Shown: one piece after another, positions 33,309 to 43,606 of the stretch
Position numbering within the stretch: position 1 is the first letter of the stretch
Layout: every line of letters begins with the position of its first letter
From: a bacterium
Lineage (GTDB): Bacteria > Patescibacteriota > Dojkabacteria > JAKAPS01 > JAJZLI01
DNA length: 64,000 nt
Direction: 5' to 3'
Assembly: GCA_021816845.1 (NCBI GenBank)
Contig: JAKAWT010000001.1
Location: 326,087-390,086, forward strand
Notes under the pieces: model-generated
Told to the model about the DNA's origin: nothing
Seen by the model: the letters and a program-made list of their open reading frames with translations, nothing else
The model's database searches: none
Position numbers and translations under genes: made by a program

Positions 33309-34130
33309 TTATTTTTTTATTGTATAAATTGCATATCCAGGTGTCCATATTTTTTCATTATCAAAAAATTTATCTAGAATAATGAATATATTTTTAAAAT
33401 ATTTATTTATTATTAATAAAGGGAATATTACAGGTATATAACATAGTACATATATAAATAGGTGATGGTATTTTTTATTTTTTTGTAGTAATAGATCTTG
33501 TGATAAAACACCTAGGCATAAAAATTTGCCACCCCTTGGTGTAATAAATTTTATTTTAAAACCATGATCCGTTAGAATTTTTTTTAAAAAATAATGAGTA
33601 TATCTTGTGAAGTCAAAAGGCTCTTCGTGAACATTAAATATGAATGGTATTGTTATAAATAAGCCCCCTTCTTTTTTCAATATTCTGTTAAATTCTTTTA
33701 TGACATTTTCTGTATTATAAACATGTTCTAATACTTCAGTACATAATATCGCATCAAATGATTCATTTTTAACAGGGATATTATCTGCACTGCAGAGATA
33801 ATTGATATGTTTAAAATCATGATAATTGGTTTCTCCAAAATCAGTGCTACTATAGTTTAAATCTTTAAATATAGTCCTATAAGGACAGTCTCCAGCACCT
33901 ACATCTAATATTGACATATTTTTCTTTAATAATTTTCTTGCATATAATACAAGTCCTAATATAGTTGACCTTACGTATATGTTCTGTAGAACAAAGTCTT
34001 TTATTTTACTGTTTATTAGTTCATCATTTAGTACATCATAACTGGCATTAGTTATATATTTGTAGTACATTGATCTATTCTTTATTTTATTTTTCATAAC
34101 ATGTAATATGAAATGATATAATAAATACAT
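33309..34130 (-). CDS. class I SAM-dependent methyltransferase
   Basis: It has motif I (ILDVGAGDCPY) and a downstream acidic loop (ILCTEVLEH). Confidence 0.7.
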   Translation of the reverse strand: MYLLYHFILHVMKNKIKNRSMYYKYITNASYDVLNDELINSKIKDFVLQNIYVRSTILGLVLYARKLLKKNMSILDVGAGDCPYRTIFKDLNYSSTDFGETNYHDFKHINYLCSADNIPVKNESFDAILCTEVLEHVYNTENVIKEFNRILKKEGGLFITIPFIFNVHEEPFDFTRYTHYFLKKILTDHGFKIKFITPRGGKFLCLGVLSQDLLLQKNKKYHHLFIYVLCYIPVIFPLLIINKYFKNIFIILDKFFDNEKIWTPGYAIYTIKK

Positions 34131-34145
34131 ATACTTATCAATTTT

Positions 34146-35288
34146 ATGAAGAAAACTTCTATTTTAATAATCTCTGATGCCACAATATTTGGAGGTGCTG
34201 AGAATGGTTTGTATTTATTAATTAAATTCTTAGATAGGAAAAAATTTGATATTACTCTTGCTTGTACAGATTCATATAGGATAAATGTGTTATTAGAAAA
34301 AATTAAAGATTCTAATCTAAAAATAGTAAGATTTCCAGCGGCCAAGCATAGGGAATTTGATATCAAAACCTCATATAAATTAGCAAAAATTATTTATCAG
34401 TCCAATCCAGATATTATATATGTGAATTTCATACATCATTATTATTGTAAACCTGTAATGTTTGCGATATTTCCATTCTTAAGAAAATTCAAAGTTGTTG
34501 CAGCTGAACAGCTAATTCCAGATGAAGATGAATCACAGATTATCTTTTTTAAAAGATTTTTAAACCATTTATGGATTCATATTATAGATAAATTTATAAA
34601 AACATACATAGTAGTGTCTGATCAGAATAAGGAAACTTTTATTAAGAATTTCAATATAATGGATAAGAAAATAAACGTTATAAAAAATTCTATAGAAATA
34701 AAGGAGTTTAGTAAAGATAATGTATTTAGAAACGAAATGCATTTTTCTAAAAAAGATAAAATAATGGTTACTGTAGCAAGATTAAATATTCAAAAAGGGC
34801 ACATATATTTAATAAAGGCAATAAAACAGTTAGTAAAAAAATATAAAGACGTAAAATTTATTTTTGTTGGTGACGGAGAAATAGAGTCTTATCTTAGAGA
34901 GAAAGTTGCAGAGTATTCCCTAGATAGGAGTATTTTCTTTCTAGGTTTTAGGTCTGATATTGATAGTATTTTAAATTCAAGCGATGTATTTATATTGCCT
35001 TCTTTATTTGAAGGCTTACCATTTTCTTTATTGGAGGCAATGAATCATTCACTCCCAATTGTATCTACCAATGTTGATGGAAATGCAGAAGTTATAACAA
35101 ACAATTATAATGGGTATTTGGTGAATATTAAAAGTGTCTCTGCATTATATAATGCAATATCAAAATTGATAGATAATTATGATATAGATGGATTAAAATT
35201 AGGACAAAATGGATTTGATCGCTTAAAAAAAGATTTTAATATAAGGGAAAATATTAGAAAGTTTGAAGAATTATTTATTGCTTTGTGA
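34146..35288 (+). CDS. glycosyltransferase family 4
   Basis: The PSLFEGLPFSLLEAMNHSLPIVSTNVDG segment is the signature. Confidence 0.75.
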   Translation: MKKTSILIISDATIFGGAENGLYLLIKFLDRKKFDITLACTDSYRINVLLEKIKDSNLKIVRFPAAKHREFDIKTSYKLAKIIYQSNPDIIYVNFIHHYYCKPVMFAIFPFLRKFKVVAAEQLIPDEDESQIIFFKRFLNHLWIHIIDKFIKTYIVVSDQNKETFIKNFNIMDKKINVIKNSIEIKEFSKDNVFRNEMHFSKKDKIMVTVARLNIQKGHIYLIKAIKQLVKKYKDVKFIFVGDGEIESYLREKVAEYSLDRSIFFLGFRSDIDSILNSSDVFILPSLFEGLPFSLLEAMNHSLPIVSTNVDGNAEVITNNYNGYLVNIKSVSALYNAISKLIDNYDIDGLKLGQNGFDRLKKDFNIRENIRKFEELFIAL

Positions 35289-35335
35289 AGATAGTTGTTG
35301 TTTTATAATGGTTTATATAAAGTAAGGATTAAACA

Positions 35336-36292
35336 CTAATCAAAACTCCTATAATCATATTTCTTACCTAAATTTTCTCTAAAACCATCTTTTAATGCAT
35401 TGGATAATACAACTAGGCGTAATATTTTTTTATCTAAAAAAAATATTATGAGTATATAATATTTTATATTGTATACTACATAATTTAATATTTCTTTTTT
35501 AGAAATAAGTTTGCTATTCTTTAGTATATATATATGATTCCGTATTCCATAGTATTCCTTCCATATCTGATTAGAAGAAATAATGTTAATATTTCTATTC
35601 AGAATTTTTTTTGTGTTAAACATATTTTTAGATACTTTATGCAGTAACTTACTATGTCTTATCCAGAATATTTCATATTTTTTGGATATTCTTAAGGTGA
35701 AGTCTAGATCATCTCCTTCTATAAATAAATGCTTATTTACATTACCTATCTCTTTTATAATTTTTGTTTTTATTAAAATACCTAATAGAGAAAATGTTCT
35801 TATTTTTACAAAATCTTCCTTGAAATCATTATTGTTTAATATTTCTTTATAAAATAAATAATCATTTCTCATAATTGCTTCTATTACTGCATTAAATGAG
35901 TCTTTAGTGTAAATAGTATTACAGCATAAAGCTCCAATTTTATTATTATTAAAATATTTGTTGTCAATAAGCTTTTCTAGTGCATCTTTATAAGGAATTG
36001 CATCATCATCCATTGCCCATATCCAGTCAAAATGTCTATAAGTCTTCTCAAATCCAAAATTGAACCCTCCTGCACCTCCTGTATTTTCTTTCAATTTAAA
36101 ATATCTAACTTTATCAAAAAGATTTTTTTCTTTTAAATATTCTTTTGTTCCATCTGTTGACGCATTATCTATAATATATATAGCATCTAATTTATGTGTT
36201 TGGTTTAATAGTGCATTTATATTCTCCTCTAAAAGTGTCTTTCTATTGAAAGTTACTACAACTGCTGCTATTTTAGGTTTTTTCTTATTCAT
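35336..36292 (-). CDS. glycosyltransferase family 2 (galactofuranosyl-transferase-like context)
   Basis: The IAAVVVTFNRKTLLEENINALLNQT...IIDNASTDGT segment is the signature. It overlaps glf by 4 nt. Confidence 0.7.
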   Translation of the reverse strand: MNKKKPKIAAVVVTFNRKTLLEENINALLNQTHKLDAIYIIDNASTDGTKEYLKEKNLFDKVRYFKLKENTGGAGGFNFGFEKTYRHFDWIWAMDDDAIPYKDALEKLIDNKYFNNNKIGALCCNTIYTKDSFNAVIEAIMRNDYLFYKEILNNNDFKEDFVKIRTFSLLGILIKTKIIKEIGNVNKHLFIEGDDLDFTLRISKKYEIFWIRHSKLLHKVSKNMFNTKKILNRNINIISSNQIWKEYYGIRNHIYILKNSKLISKKEILNYVVYNIKYYILIIFFLDKKILRLVVLSNALKDGFRENLGKKYDYRSFD

Positions 36293-37392
36293 TTCCTCTC
36301 TATCATATCAAATAAATCTAGTGCATTTCTGAAAGCTTGATCCATATTAAAATATTTATAATTAGCTAATCTCCCTACAAAGTATATATCTTTTAATTTT
36401 TCTGTTTCTTTTCTATATTCTTCATATAGTTTTTGATTTTTTGGATTTGGTACAGGATAATAAGGTTCTCCTTCCCAACTACTATATTCTCTTATTATAG
36501 TAGTTTTAGGATGTATTTGTCCTGTAGCTCTTTTATGCTCTGTAATCCTTGTAAAATCATAATCATTGGGATAGTTTACTGTGGTTGTAGGTTGATAATA
36601 TTCCTGATTTAAGGTTTCAAATTCAAATCTAATGGATCTATATTGTAATTTTTCGATATTTGAGAATTTATAGTCAAAAAATCTATCAATTTGACCTGTA
36701 TAGAATAACTTAGCATATGTACCTAGACTGTCTTTTATATCAAAATAATCTGTATTTAACCTTATCTCTATATTTTTGTGATTTAGTAGATTTTTAAAAA
36801 GTTTTGTATATCCATCTTTCGGTAGTGCTTGATATTTATCAGTAAAGTATCTGTCATCAAAATTTGTTCTTACTGGTATTCTATTCATCACTTCTGGTGC
36901 AAGTTCATTAGGGTATAAATCCCATTGTTTCTTAGTATAGTTTTTGAACATTTTTTGATAAAGAACTTTACCTACTCTTGCTAAGGCTGATTCTTCACTA
37001 TTTTGAGGATTTGCTATTTTTTCTGTATTCTCCTCTAACCATTGAACCATACCTTTTTCATCAAGATTAAGGTTAAATAACATATTAACTGTTTTAATAT
37101 TGACAGGAACCGGGACATACCTCCTATCTACAAAAGATAATACCCTATGTTCATATGGAACCCATTCTGAAAATCTATTTACATACTTCCAGACACCTTC
37201 ATCATTAGTATGGAATAGATGAGGCCCATATAGAGGAACAAGTAATCCATCAGAATTTATAAAATCATAGCAATTACCTCCTATATGATGCCTTTTCTCT
37301 ATGATTACCACCTTATATCCTTTATTTGCATATCTTTCTGCTAGAGTAGCTCCTGATATACCAGCACCTATTATTATAATTTTGTTATTCAT
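36289..37392 (-). CDS. glf: UDP-galactopyranose mutase
   Basis: It has an N-terminal FAD Rossmann (IIIIGAGISGATLAERYANKGYKVVIIEKRHHIGGNCYD) and overall UGM-like length and conserved C-terminal region. Confidence 0.85.
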   Translation of the reverse strand: MNNKIIIIGAGISGATLAERYANKGYKVVIIEKRHHIGGNCYDFINSDGLLVPLYGPHLFHTNDEGVWKYVNRFSEWVPYEHRVLSFVDRRYVPVPVNIKTVNMLFNLNLDEKGMVQWLEENTEKIANPQNSEESALARVGKVLYQKMFKNYTKKQWDLYPNELAPEVMNRIPVRTNFDDRYFTDKYQALPKDGYTKLFKNLLNHKNIEIRLNTDYFDIKDSLGTYAKLFYTGQIDRFFDYKFSNIEKLQYRSIRFEFETLNQEYYQPTTTVNYPNDYDFTRITEHKRATGQIHPKTTIIREYSSWEGEPYYPVPNPKNQKLYEEYRKETEKLKDIYFVGRLANYKYFNMDQAFRNALDLFDMIERK

Positions 37393-37571
37393 ATGTAGAC
37401 TATTATATCAATATAGCTTAGAAACTCATATTATTTTAAGTTAAAGCGAAATTTTCTATTAAACTATAGTTTGTGTTGTTTTAAAGATAAATCTTATCTT
37501 TATTTGCCAATTCTTTTTTCTCTATATAAAATTAGGTATTAATTTAATTCTCCATAAATGAGGTAATAATA

Positions 37572-37856
37572 ATGTATAAAAAAGAATTAATAACAAGTGG
37601 TAATGTTATACAAAGTACCATAGATATAGATTTGCCAACTTTAAAAGTAGAATTAGAACAAGAGATAGGGGAGGCTAGTATTCTAAAGATAAGTGATTCT
37701 GAATATAGATCTCAAGACATAAAAAATATAGAGATAGGCAATGGAGTCTTAGTATTGACTATTGATAAAAATACATTCAAAGATCCATTGGAAATACAAA
37801 TAATGAATACTACGAATGGAGGAGATAGGTATGAGATTATATATACAAAAATATAA
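37572..37856 (+). CDS. hypothetical small protein
   Basis: A 94-aa ORF with no recognised motif. Confidence 0.3.
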   Translation: MYKKELITSGNVIQSTIDIDLPTLKVELEQEIGEASILKISDSEYRSQDIKNIEIGNGVLVLTIDKNTFKDPLEIQIMNTTNGGDRYEIIYTKI

Positions 37857-37965
37857 AAGATGAAGATAGGGTTCTATAAATCATAATCGTAATACATATC
37901 TATAATATAGTGGAAGTTTGTTAGCTTAAAAAGCATTAGATTGATGTATTATAAGATTAATTTTT

Positions 37966-38880
37966 TTATATTTTATCTAACATATTTAATTGCACTACTG
38001 CATTATAAAGTTGTCTGTAGCAATTTGCCATTTTAGGATTTTTTGGATCTAGTTTCCCGACATTTTTTGCTGCTTTTGCAAGTTTTAAAAGAACATTCGG
38101 TATATCCTTTTCTGGTATAGTTTTTATCTGTAATCCTCTAAAATTTGTAACTACACATCCTACTGCTCCAGGTAATCTTTTGACATTCACGGATCCATCT
38201 TCCAATAGATATGGGAGTTTCCATGTACTTGGTTTATTAGGATCACCTATGTAGGCAAAACAACGTGCTGGGAGCTTGTATGTGTTGTTTAGAAGTTCAT
38301 TATTAATTTCTTGATCTTTGTCTTTTATTAAATTTTCTTTTTTGTTGTCTTTAAATCTTATATCTATGTTTTTCTTCTTGTCTATTCCATTCACACTTAC
38401 ATAATATAAATCAGGATGTGGAACATTGTCGTCTAGAGATATAAAAATTCTTGGGTTGGTTGATCCTCCATCTACATTTAAAACATATAGTTTACTACCA
38501 TCAGAGATTGCTATTGTTGAAACTTTTTGTGTGTAGGCATATCCTAAAGCTTGATTTATATGTTTTTCTATTTGAAATTCATTCCAAGAAATTCCACCTG
38601 GTCTTTTTGCTTCAATAACAATTCTCTTAATTCCTAATTTAGTGATTTCTATATCAGCAAATCCTATCTGATAATTGATATCTCTAACATTCCAATCGAG
38701 TACTTCTGTAAATAGTATATGTAGAATATTTTCCGTTACTTTCTCTGGGGCATTACCATATCTTTCTTCTTGTACTAGAAAATCATTTCTTTTAGATAAG
38801 AATAAAGGCCAATTATTATTTATTCTTTCTTGGAATTTTATATATTTTGCCTGAGACCCATATCTCTCCACTTTTACCAT
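37966..38880 (-). CDS. PD-(D/E)xK restriction-endonuclease-fold protein (HsdR_N-like N-terminal domain)
   Basis: The segment FADIEITKLGIKRIVIEAKRPG is a D ... E-A-K nuclease core motif, in an N-terminal region that resembles the type I R-subunit N-domain. Confidence 0.5.
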   Translation of the reverse strand: MVKVERYGSQAKYIKFQERINNNWPLFLSKRNDFLVQEERYGNAPEKVTENILHILFTEVLDWNVRDINYQIGFADIEITKLGIKRIVIEAKRPGGISWNEFQIEKHINQALGYAYTQKVSTIAISDGSKLYVLNVDGGSTNPRIFISLDDNVPHPDLYYVSVNGIDKKKNIDIRFKDNKKENLIKDKDQEINNELLNNTYKLPARCFAYIGDPNKPSTWKLPYLLEDGSVNVKRLPGAVGCVVTNFRGLQIKTIPEKDIPNVLLKLAKAAKNVGKLDPKNPKMANCYRQLYNAVVQLNMLDKI

Positions 38881-39005
38881 TATATATCTTAGATTAGAAA
38901 AAGAATATAAGTAAGGTTTATGTTTAGAGATACAAAGTTAAATAAACATCATTCTCAATATATATTTCTTTCCATTTTCCATTTATAGATGTTAGAATAT
39001 AGGGG

Positions 39006-40100
39006 ATGAAAGCAATTATAACAGCAGGTGGTAGAGGGACTAGGTTAAGACCTATCACTCACACTTTTAACAAGCATTTAATTCCTATTGCTAATAAACC
39101 CATTATAGAATATGCAATAGAGGCAGTTAGAGATTCTGGAATTTCTGATATTGGTGTTATATATAACGAAGGATCTAGATCTTCTGGATTAGATGAGCTT
39201 AGGGAATATTTAAAGGATGGAGAGAGATTTAATGTTAAAATCACATATATAAAGCAAAAAGAACCAATAGGACTAGCAGATTGTATTAGAGTATCCAAGG
39301 ACTTTATAGGGGATGATAAATTTGTATTTTATCTTGGGGATAATATGCTTGCATCTGGGATAAAGGAATTTAAAGAAGATTTTGAAAAAGACACTGAATC
39401 GACATGTTATCTTTTGTTATCTCAAGTCCCAGATCCACAAAGATTTGGAGTTCCTGTATTTGATAAAAATAAAAAATTGGTAAGAATAGAAGAGAAACCA
39501 GAAAATCCTCAAACTGATCTTGCAGTTACTGGTATATATTTTTATTCTCCTGAAGTATTTAGAGCATTTGAAGGGAAAGATCAAATACATCCATCAAAAA
39601 GAGGAGAATTAGAGGTATCAGATCTCCATCAATATTTACTAGATCACAACTATAAAATTAAAACATATAATGTATCAGGATGGTGGAAAGATACAGGGAA
39701 ACTGAATGATTTACTTTCTGCAAATAGGCTCATTCTTGAAAAACATCATATATATAAAAAGGGAGGAAGTGTTACTGATTCCACTGTAGAGGGGGACGTT
39801 GATATAGATAATGGTGCTATAGTTTCAAATTCTCTAATAAGAGGCCCTGTAGTAATAGGTAAGGATACGAAGATACTAAATAGCTATATTGGGCCATTCA
39901 CGTCTATAGATAATGGATGTAATATTACAGGTAGTGAGATTGAAAATTCCATAATATTAGAGAATACCACAATACTTGATGTTCCCTATAGGATTGATAG
40001 TTCACTTATTGGAAAAGATGTAAAAGTTATAAAAAAAGATAAAAGACCAAAAACAATATCTTTAATGATTGGTGATCATTCAGAGATTAGATTAGTCTAA
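39006..40100 (+). CDS. sugar-1-phosphate nucleotidyltransferase, long form (glucose-1-phosphate thymidylyltransferase-like with a C-terminal left-handed beta-helix)
   Basis: The N-terminal MKAIITAGGRGTRLRPITHTFNKHLIPIANKPII segment is the G-x-G-T-R-L signature. The C-terminal hexapeptide-repeat region matches the archaeal or long RfbA type. Confidence 0.75.
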   Translation: MKAIITAGGRGTRLRPITHTFNKHLIPIANKPIIEYAIEAVRDSGISDIGVIYNEGSRSSGLDELREYLKDGERFNVKITYIKQKEPIGLADCIRVSKDFIGDDKFVFYLGDNMLASGIKEFKEDFEKDTESTCYLLLSQVPDPQRFGVPVFDKNKKLVRIEEKPENPQTDLAVTGIYFYSPEVFRAFEGKDQIHPSKRGELEVSDLHQYLLDHNYKIKTYNVSGWWKDTGKLNDLLSANRLILEKHHIYKKGGSVTDSTVEGDVDIDNGAIVSNSLIRGPVVIGKDTKILNSYIGPFTSIDNGCNITGSEIENSIILENTTILDVPYRIDSSLIGKDVKVIKKDKRPKTISLMIGDHSEIRLV

Positions 40101-40240
40101 TTAAAGAAATAGACAGGCAAGAAAAATAATCAGATATATATACTCTCAATTAATCATATTCTAATAAAATCAATCAAATACTAGTAAAATAGGAATATAT
40201 GCATATTGCCATAAACTATAGGATGTGATACAATAGCCTT

Positions 40241-40984
40241 ATGAAACATGAAGAAATGCCAATTTGGGATATACCGATATATTATGGAGAGACAAAGGAT
40301 GGAGATCCTCGTTTGGAGTTACTTCCTAATGGATTTTCTGCTAGAGTTAGAGTTTTAAGGAATGGTATTTTGGATGTATCTTCATATGAATATAATGATA
40401 CTGGGAGGGTTAAAAGCTCTATATCTCAAAATGCCATAGGAGATAGAGTATATTCTTGGTTTTTATATAGTTACAAAGATGATAACAATCTAAGTTTGTT
40501 TAGTGCACAGAAACGTAGTGTAACTCTCGATCAGTATGGAGGACTCTTAGATATCAGTGTTTTTGAAGATAGCTATGATGCTGATAATCAAATTTTAAAT
40601 AGAAGAGGAGTAGACAATGATGGAAGACAATCTTTAGAAGTATATAAATATGAAGAAGGTTTAGTACAAAGCAAGATTATTTTTAAGGATCATGATGTTG
40701 GTAGATTGGAGGAATATAAATACAAGTATGATCAGAAAGGTAGAATAATCAGTAGATCTGTATTAGATAATGATGGAAATATAATAGCGACAGATTTTTA
40801 TGAATATGATGGGGTTTTACCAGTGAGAAGAGGATCTAGTACTCTTGATAGAATAAGTATATATAAGGCACGTCTTATACTAGGAAGAATAAAAAAAGAT
40901 AGGACGAGAAAGAAAGATAGAAATTTTGTTGTATATGAAAACAGAGCTAACGATCTTGTAGCTATACTTGAAGCAGGAAGGTAG
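40241..40984 (+). CDS. small YD-repeat-containing protein
   Basis: It carries several Y-x-Y-D-x-x-G-R-hydrophobic units (YEYNDTGRV, YKYDQKGRI, FYEYDG). Confidence 0.45.
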   Translation: MKHEEMPIWDIPIYYGETKDGDPRLELLPNGFSARVRVLRNGILDVSSYEYNDTGRVKSSISQNAIGDRVYSWFLYSYKDDNNLSLFSAQKRSVTLDQYGGLLDISVFEDSYDADNQILNRRGVDNDGRQSLEVYKYEEGLVQSKIIFKDHDVGRLEEYKYKYDQKGRIISRSVLDNDGNIIATDFYEYDGVLPVRRGSSTLDRISIYKARLILGRIKKDRTRKKDRNFVVYENRANDLVAILEAGR

Positions 40985-40992
40985 TTAATTTT

Positions 40993-41544
40993 ATGGAGAC
41001 GGTTAATGGACTAGAACAGGGTATTTCACGTGAAGAATTCAGGGAAAAACTATTGATGTTATCTGATACATCATTATATCCTGCTTTTAGAATAACTGAT
41101 ATATTTGAGGCAAACCCATTTGATTTTATTGAAGATGAAAGACGTGCACATGTAAAAGTTCAAAATATAATTGGAGCCCCATATCTTGGTACTGAAAAAT
41201 TCAGAAATTGGGGAGATATTCAAAATAGAGAATCTAGATCTGAAGGAATAGGGGATAGAGGACTTGGTCCTAGATGGGAAGTGTATATGTATGAACTTAC
41301 AAAACAGATAGAAAGTAAAGGAATCGAGAGTGTGTCAATTTTTGATGGACCTATTTATCTTGATGAATTTCAAGGAGTTTATTATGTAGACTTAAATGGA
41401 ACACGTAGGATTGTTGCAGCTAAACTTCTTGGACTTGATGAGGTTCCAGCAATAGTCACAAAGATAATAACAAAATATGGAGTTGATCCTTGGAAATTTT
41501 CAAAAGCTCAAAGAAGAATACGAAAATTAAACTATCTCTTCTAA
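40993..41544 (+). CDS. ParB/sulfiredoxin-fold nuclease-like protein
   Basis: The C-terminal YYVDLNGTRRIVAAKLLGLDEVPAIV segment matches the ParB N-domain core (hhDG.hR..Aa..hG...hP). Confidence 0.5.
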   Translation: METVNGLEQGISREEFREKLLMLSDTSLYPAFRITDIFEANPFDFIEDERRAHVKVQNIIGAPYLGTEKFRNWGDIQNRESRSEGIGDRGLGPRWEVYMYELTKQIESKGIESVSIFDGPIYLDEFQGVYYVDLNGTRRIVAAKLLGLDEVPAIVTKIITKYGVDPWKFSKAQRRIRKLNYLF

Positions 41545-42252
41545 TTTTTTATACAAGAATACCTCAGATAGTATTGTTATAGGGATTGTTATAAGAAGCC
41601 CTATAAGTAACAAGAATGCTCCTACAACATTTAATATCACTAACATTAGAAGTACACCAAATATCTTCCATTTTTTCCCTTTTGTAATATGATAACTTTC
41701 TTTTATTGATTCTATTATCTGTTTATTTTGGTCAATAATAATGTATTGGTAGAAAGAGAATGCAATACTATACATTACTAGAAATACAGAAAGTACTATT
41801 GCTATAATTATGAATAGTAGGAATATTAGTGATCTTTGGAGTGCAAAATGTGTCATCAATGCTAGAGATCCTAAAATTAGAAGATATACAATAACAAAGC
41901 CTATACCAACTAAAATTGACCCACCTATATAGTTCCAGAATCTATTATCAAATTTTACATAACTTGAAAATTTAGAAAGTTCTAATTTTTCTCCACTATA
42001 AACTCTTAGTGCAGTGAGTATGAATAGATATCCATAGACGAAGCTAAAGGCAATAAGTATTATATAAAATACTGTCCCTAAGAATCCTGTATGTCCTACC
42101 AGGTACTCAAGTACAAAATATACCACACCAAAAATAAGTATGGATATGATATAAAATACTAAATTTTGAAAAGTTTTATTCCACCCAAAAGAAAATACTT
42201 CTGCTACAGAGAATGTCTTCTTGCTGTTATCTTCTGATGAGTTATTATCCAT
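41527..42252 (-). CDS. polytopic membrane protein, hypothetical
   Basis: It has 5-6 TM helices and no recognised motif. Confidence 0.4.
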   Translation of the reverse strand: MDNNSSEDNSKKTFSVAEVFSFGWNKTFQNLVFYIISILIFGVVYFVLEYLVGHTGFLGTVFYIILIAFSFVYGYLFILTALRVYSGEKLELSKFSSYVKFDNRFWNYIGGSILVGIGFVIVYLLILGSLALMTHFALQRSLIFLLFIIIAIVLSVFLVMYSIAFSFYQYIIIDQNKQIIESIKESYHITKGKKWKIFGVLLMLVILNVVGAFLLLIGLLITIPITILSEVFLYKKLEEIV

Positions 42253-42332
42253 ATACTTTGTATTTTATACTTACTTTTCAATATTTCAATATATGGAGGA
42301 ATAATACTTATGTTTATTTACTAATTAGGAGA

Positions 42333-43487
42333 CTATCTTTTGTTATAATATTTTTTTAAATTATCTGATATTTTGCTGTATAAAAATTTATCAGCATATT
42401 TTGTAGCATTCTTACTATAACTATCATAGTTTTCATTTATCTTTACTACTGCATTGAGCATTTCTTGTTTTTCTAGTGTTGTTAATATACCATTTTTATT
42501 ATTCTCTATAAGGTCTATTGCTGCATTATCCTCACCATTAAAACATATAACTGGAAGTCCTAATGCTAGAGCTTCTATCGTTACTATGGAGAAACCTTCT
42601 CTTTTTGATAGCATCATAAAGATCTTAGAACTTTTCATTATTCTAAATACTTCATTATTATCTTCTATAAAACCAGTAAACTTAATATTCAAATCAAGCT
42701 TTTTTGCCATATTCTTTAGATTATTTAATTCTTTCCCACCTCCTATTATTAAAGCTTTAAGATTAATTTTTCTATCTTTTGCATATTTTACAAGGTCTAT
42801 TATTTTGTCTACATTTTTAAAATCAAGAAGTCTTCCAGCATAACAAAGGTCATATTTTTTATTCTTGTTATCTATTTTTTTTATAGCATCTCTAATTCCA
42901 CTTGGTATCACAATGATTTCTCCTTTTTTATGTTGTTGTATTTTCTCTTTTGTATGTTTCGATATTGCTATTATATTTGTTGATAGCTTTAATGCTAAAT
43001 ATTGAACCACAAACCCTATACTGCCAAAAAGTAGTCCAGAATACTTTATCCAATATTTAAAATCCCACCATTCATGCCATATGGTTACAACCCTTGGGTC
43101 TGGATCCTTTGGGCCTAGGCCCTTTGGTTTTAATTTTTTTAATAAAAGTGCAAATCTTAGTGTAAATATAGGGAAATAAGGCATAGATTGAATTTCTATA
43201 ACATCAAAATTGTTTTTTATAAGGAATGGGAAAAGTTTGATTGCAAATATGATGGGTTCTAAGGTTTTTCTATTTCCATCAGGTTTATATATATCAGAGT
43301 GTTTAAAAATTGCGTGATATGTAATTTTATCTCTTATTATGGTATCGGAACATTCCCATCCTTTCATACCTACTAGATGTATTTCGTATGAGTCTTTTAG
43401 ATATGTAGAGATATTATATATTCTCTGTTCTACTCCACCTATTTGGTATGGGTATATTAGATCATATATAAATAGTAATTTCTTCAT
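42333..43487 (-). CDS. glycosyltransferase family 4
   Basis: The C-terminal SKREGFSIVTIEALALGLPVICFNGEDNAA segment is the signature. It contains the in-frame mini-repeat insertion encoding KGLGPKDPDPRV. Confidence 0.7.
   Translation of the reverse strand: MKKLLFIYDLIYPYQIGGVEQRIYNISTYLKDSYEIHLVGMKGWECSDTIIRDKITYHAIFKHSDIYKPDGNRKTLEPIIFAIKLFPFLIKNNFDVIEIQSMPYFPIFTLRFALLLKKLKPKGLGPKDPDPRVVTIWHEWWDFKYWIKYSGLLFGSIGFVVQYLALKLSTNIIAISKHTKEKIQQHKKGEIIVIPSGIRDAIKKIDNKNKKYDLCYAGRLLDFKNVDKIIDLVKYAKDRKINLKALIIGGGKELNNLKNMAKKLDLNIKFTGFIEDNNEVFRIMKSSKIFMMLSKREGFSIVTIEALALGLPVICFNGEDNAAIDLIENNKNGILTTLEKQEMLNAVVKINENYDSYSKNATKYADKFLYSKISDNLKKYYNKR
43096..43125. repeat. palindromic mini-repeat (GGGTCtgGATCC ttt GGGCCtaGGCCC ttt) in frame inside the GT4 gene
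   Basis: Read directly from the sequence. Confidence 0.8.
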
Positions 43488-43606
43488 GTGGAGATCCTTT
43501 GTATAATTATATCTAAAAAAGTTAGTTTTATGAAGTTTTTGAATTTATTTCCTTTAATATTGTTTTAATATTAAAATATTATAAGATAAAGTCTAAACAT
43601 TAAAAT

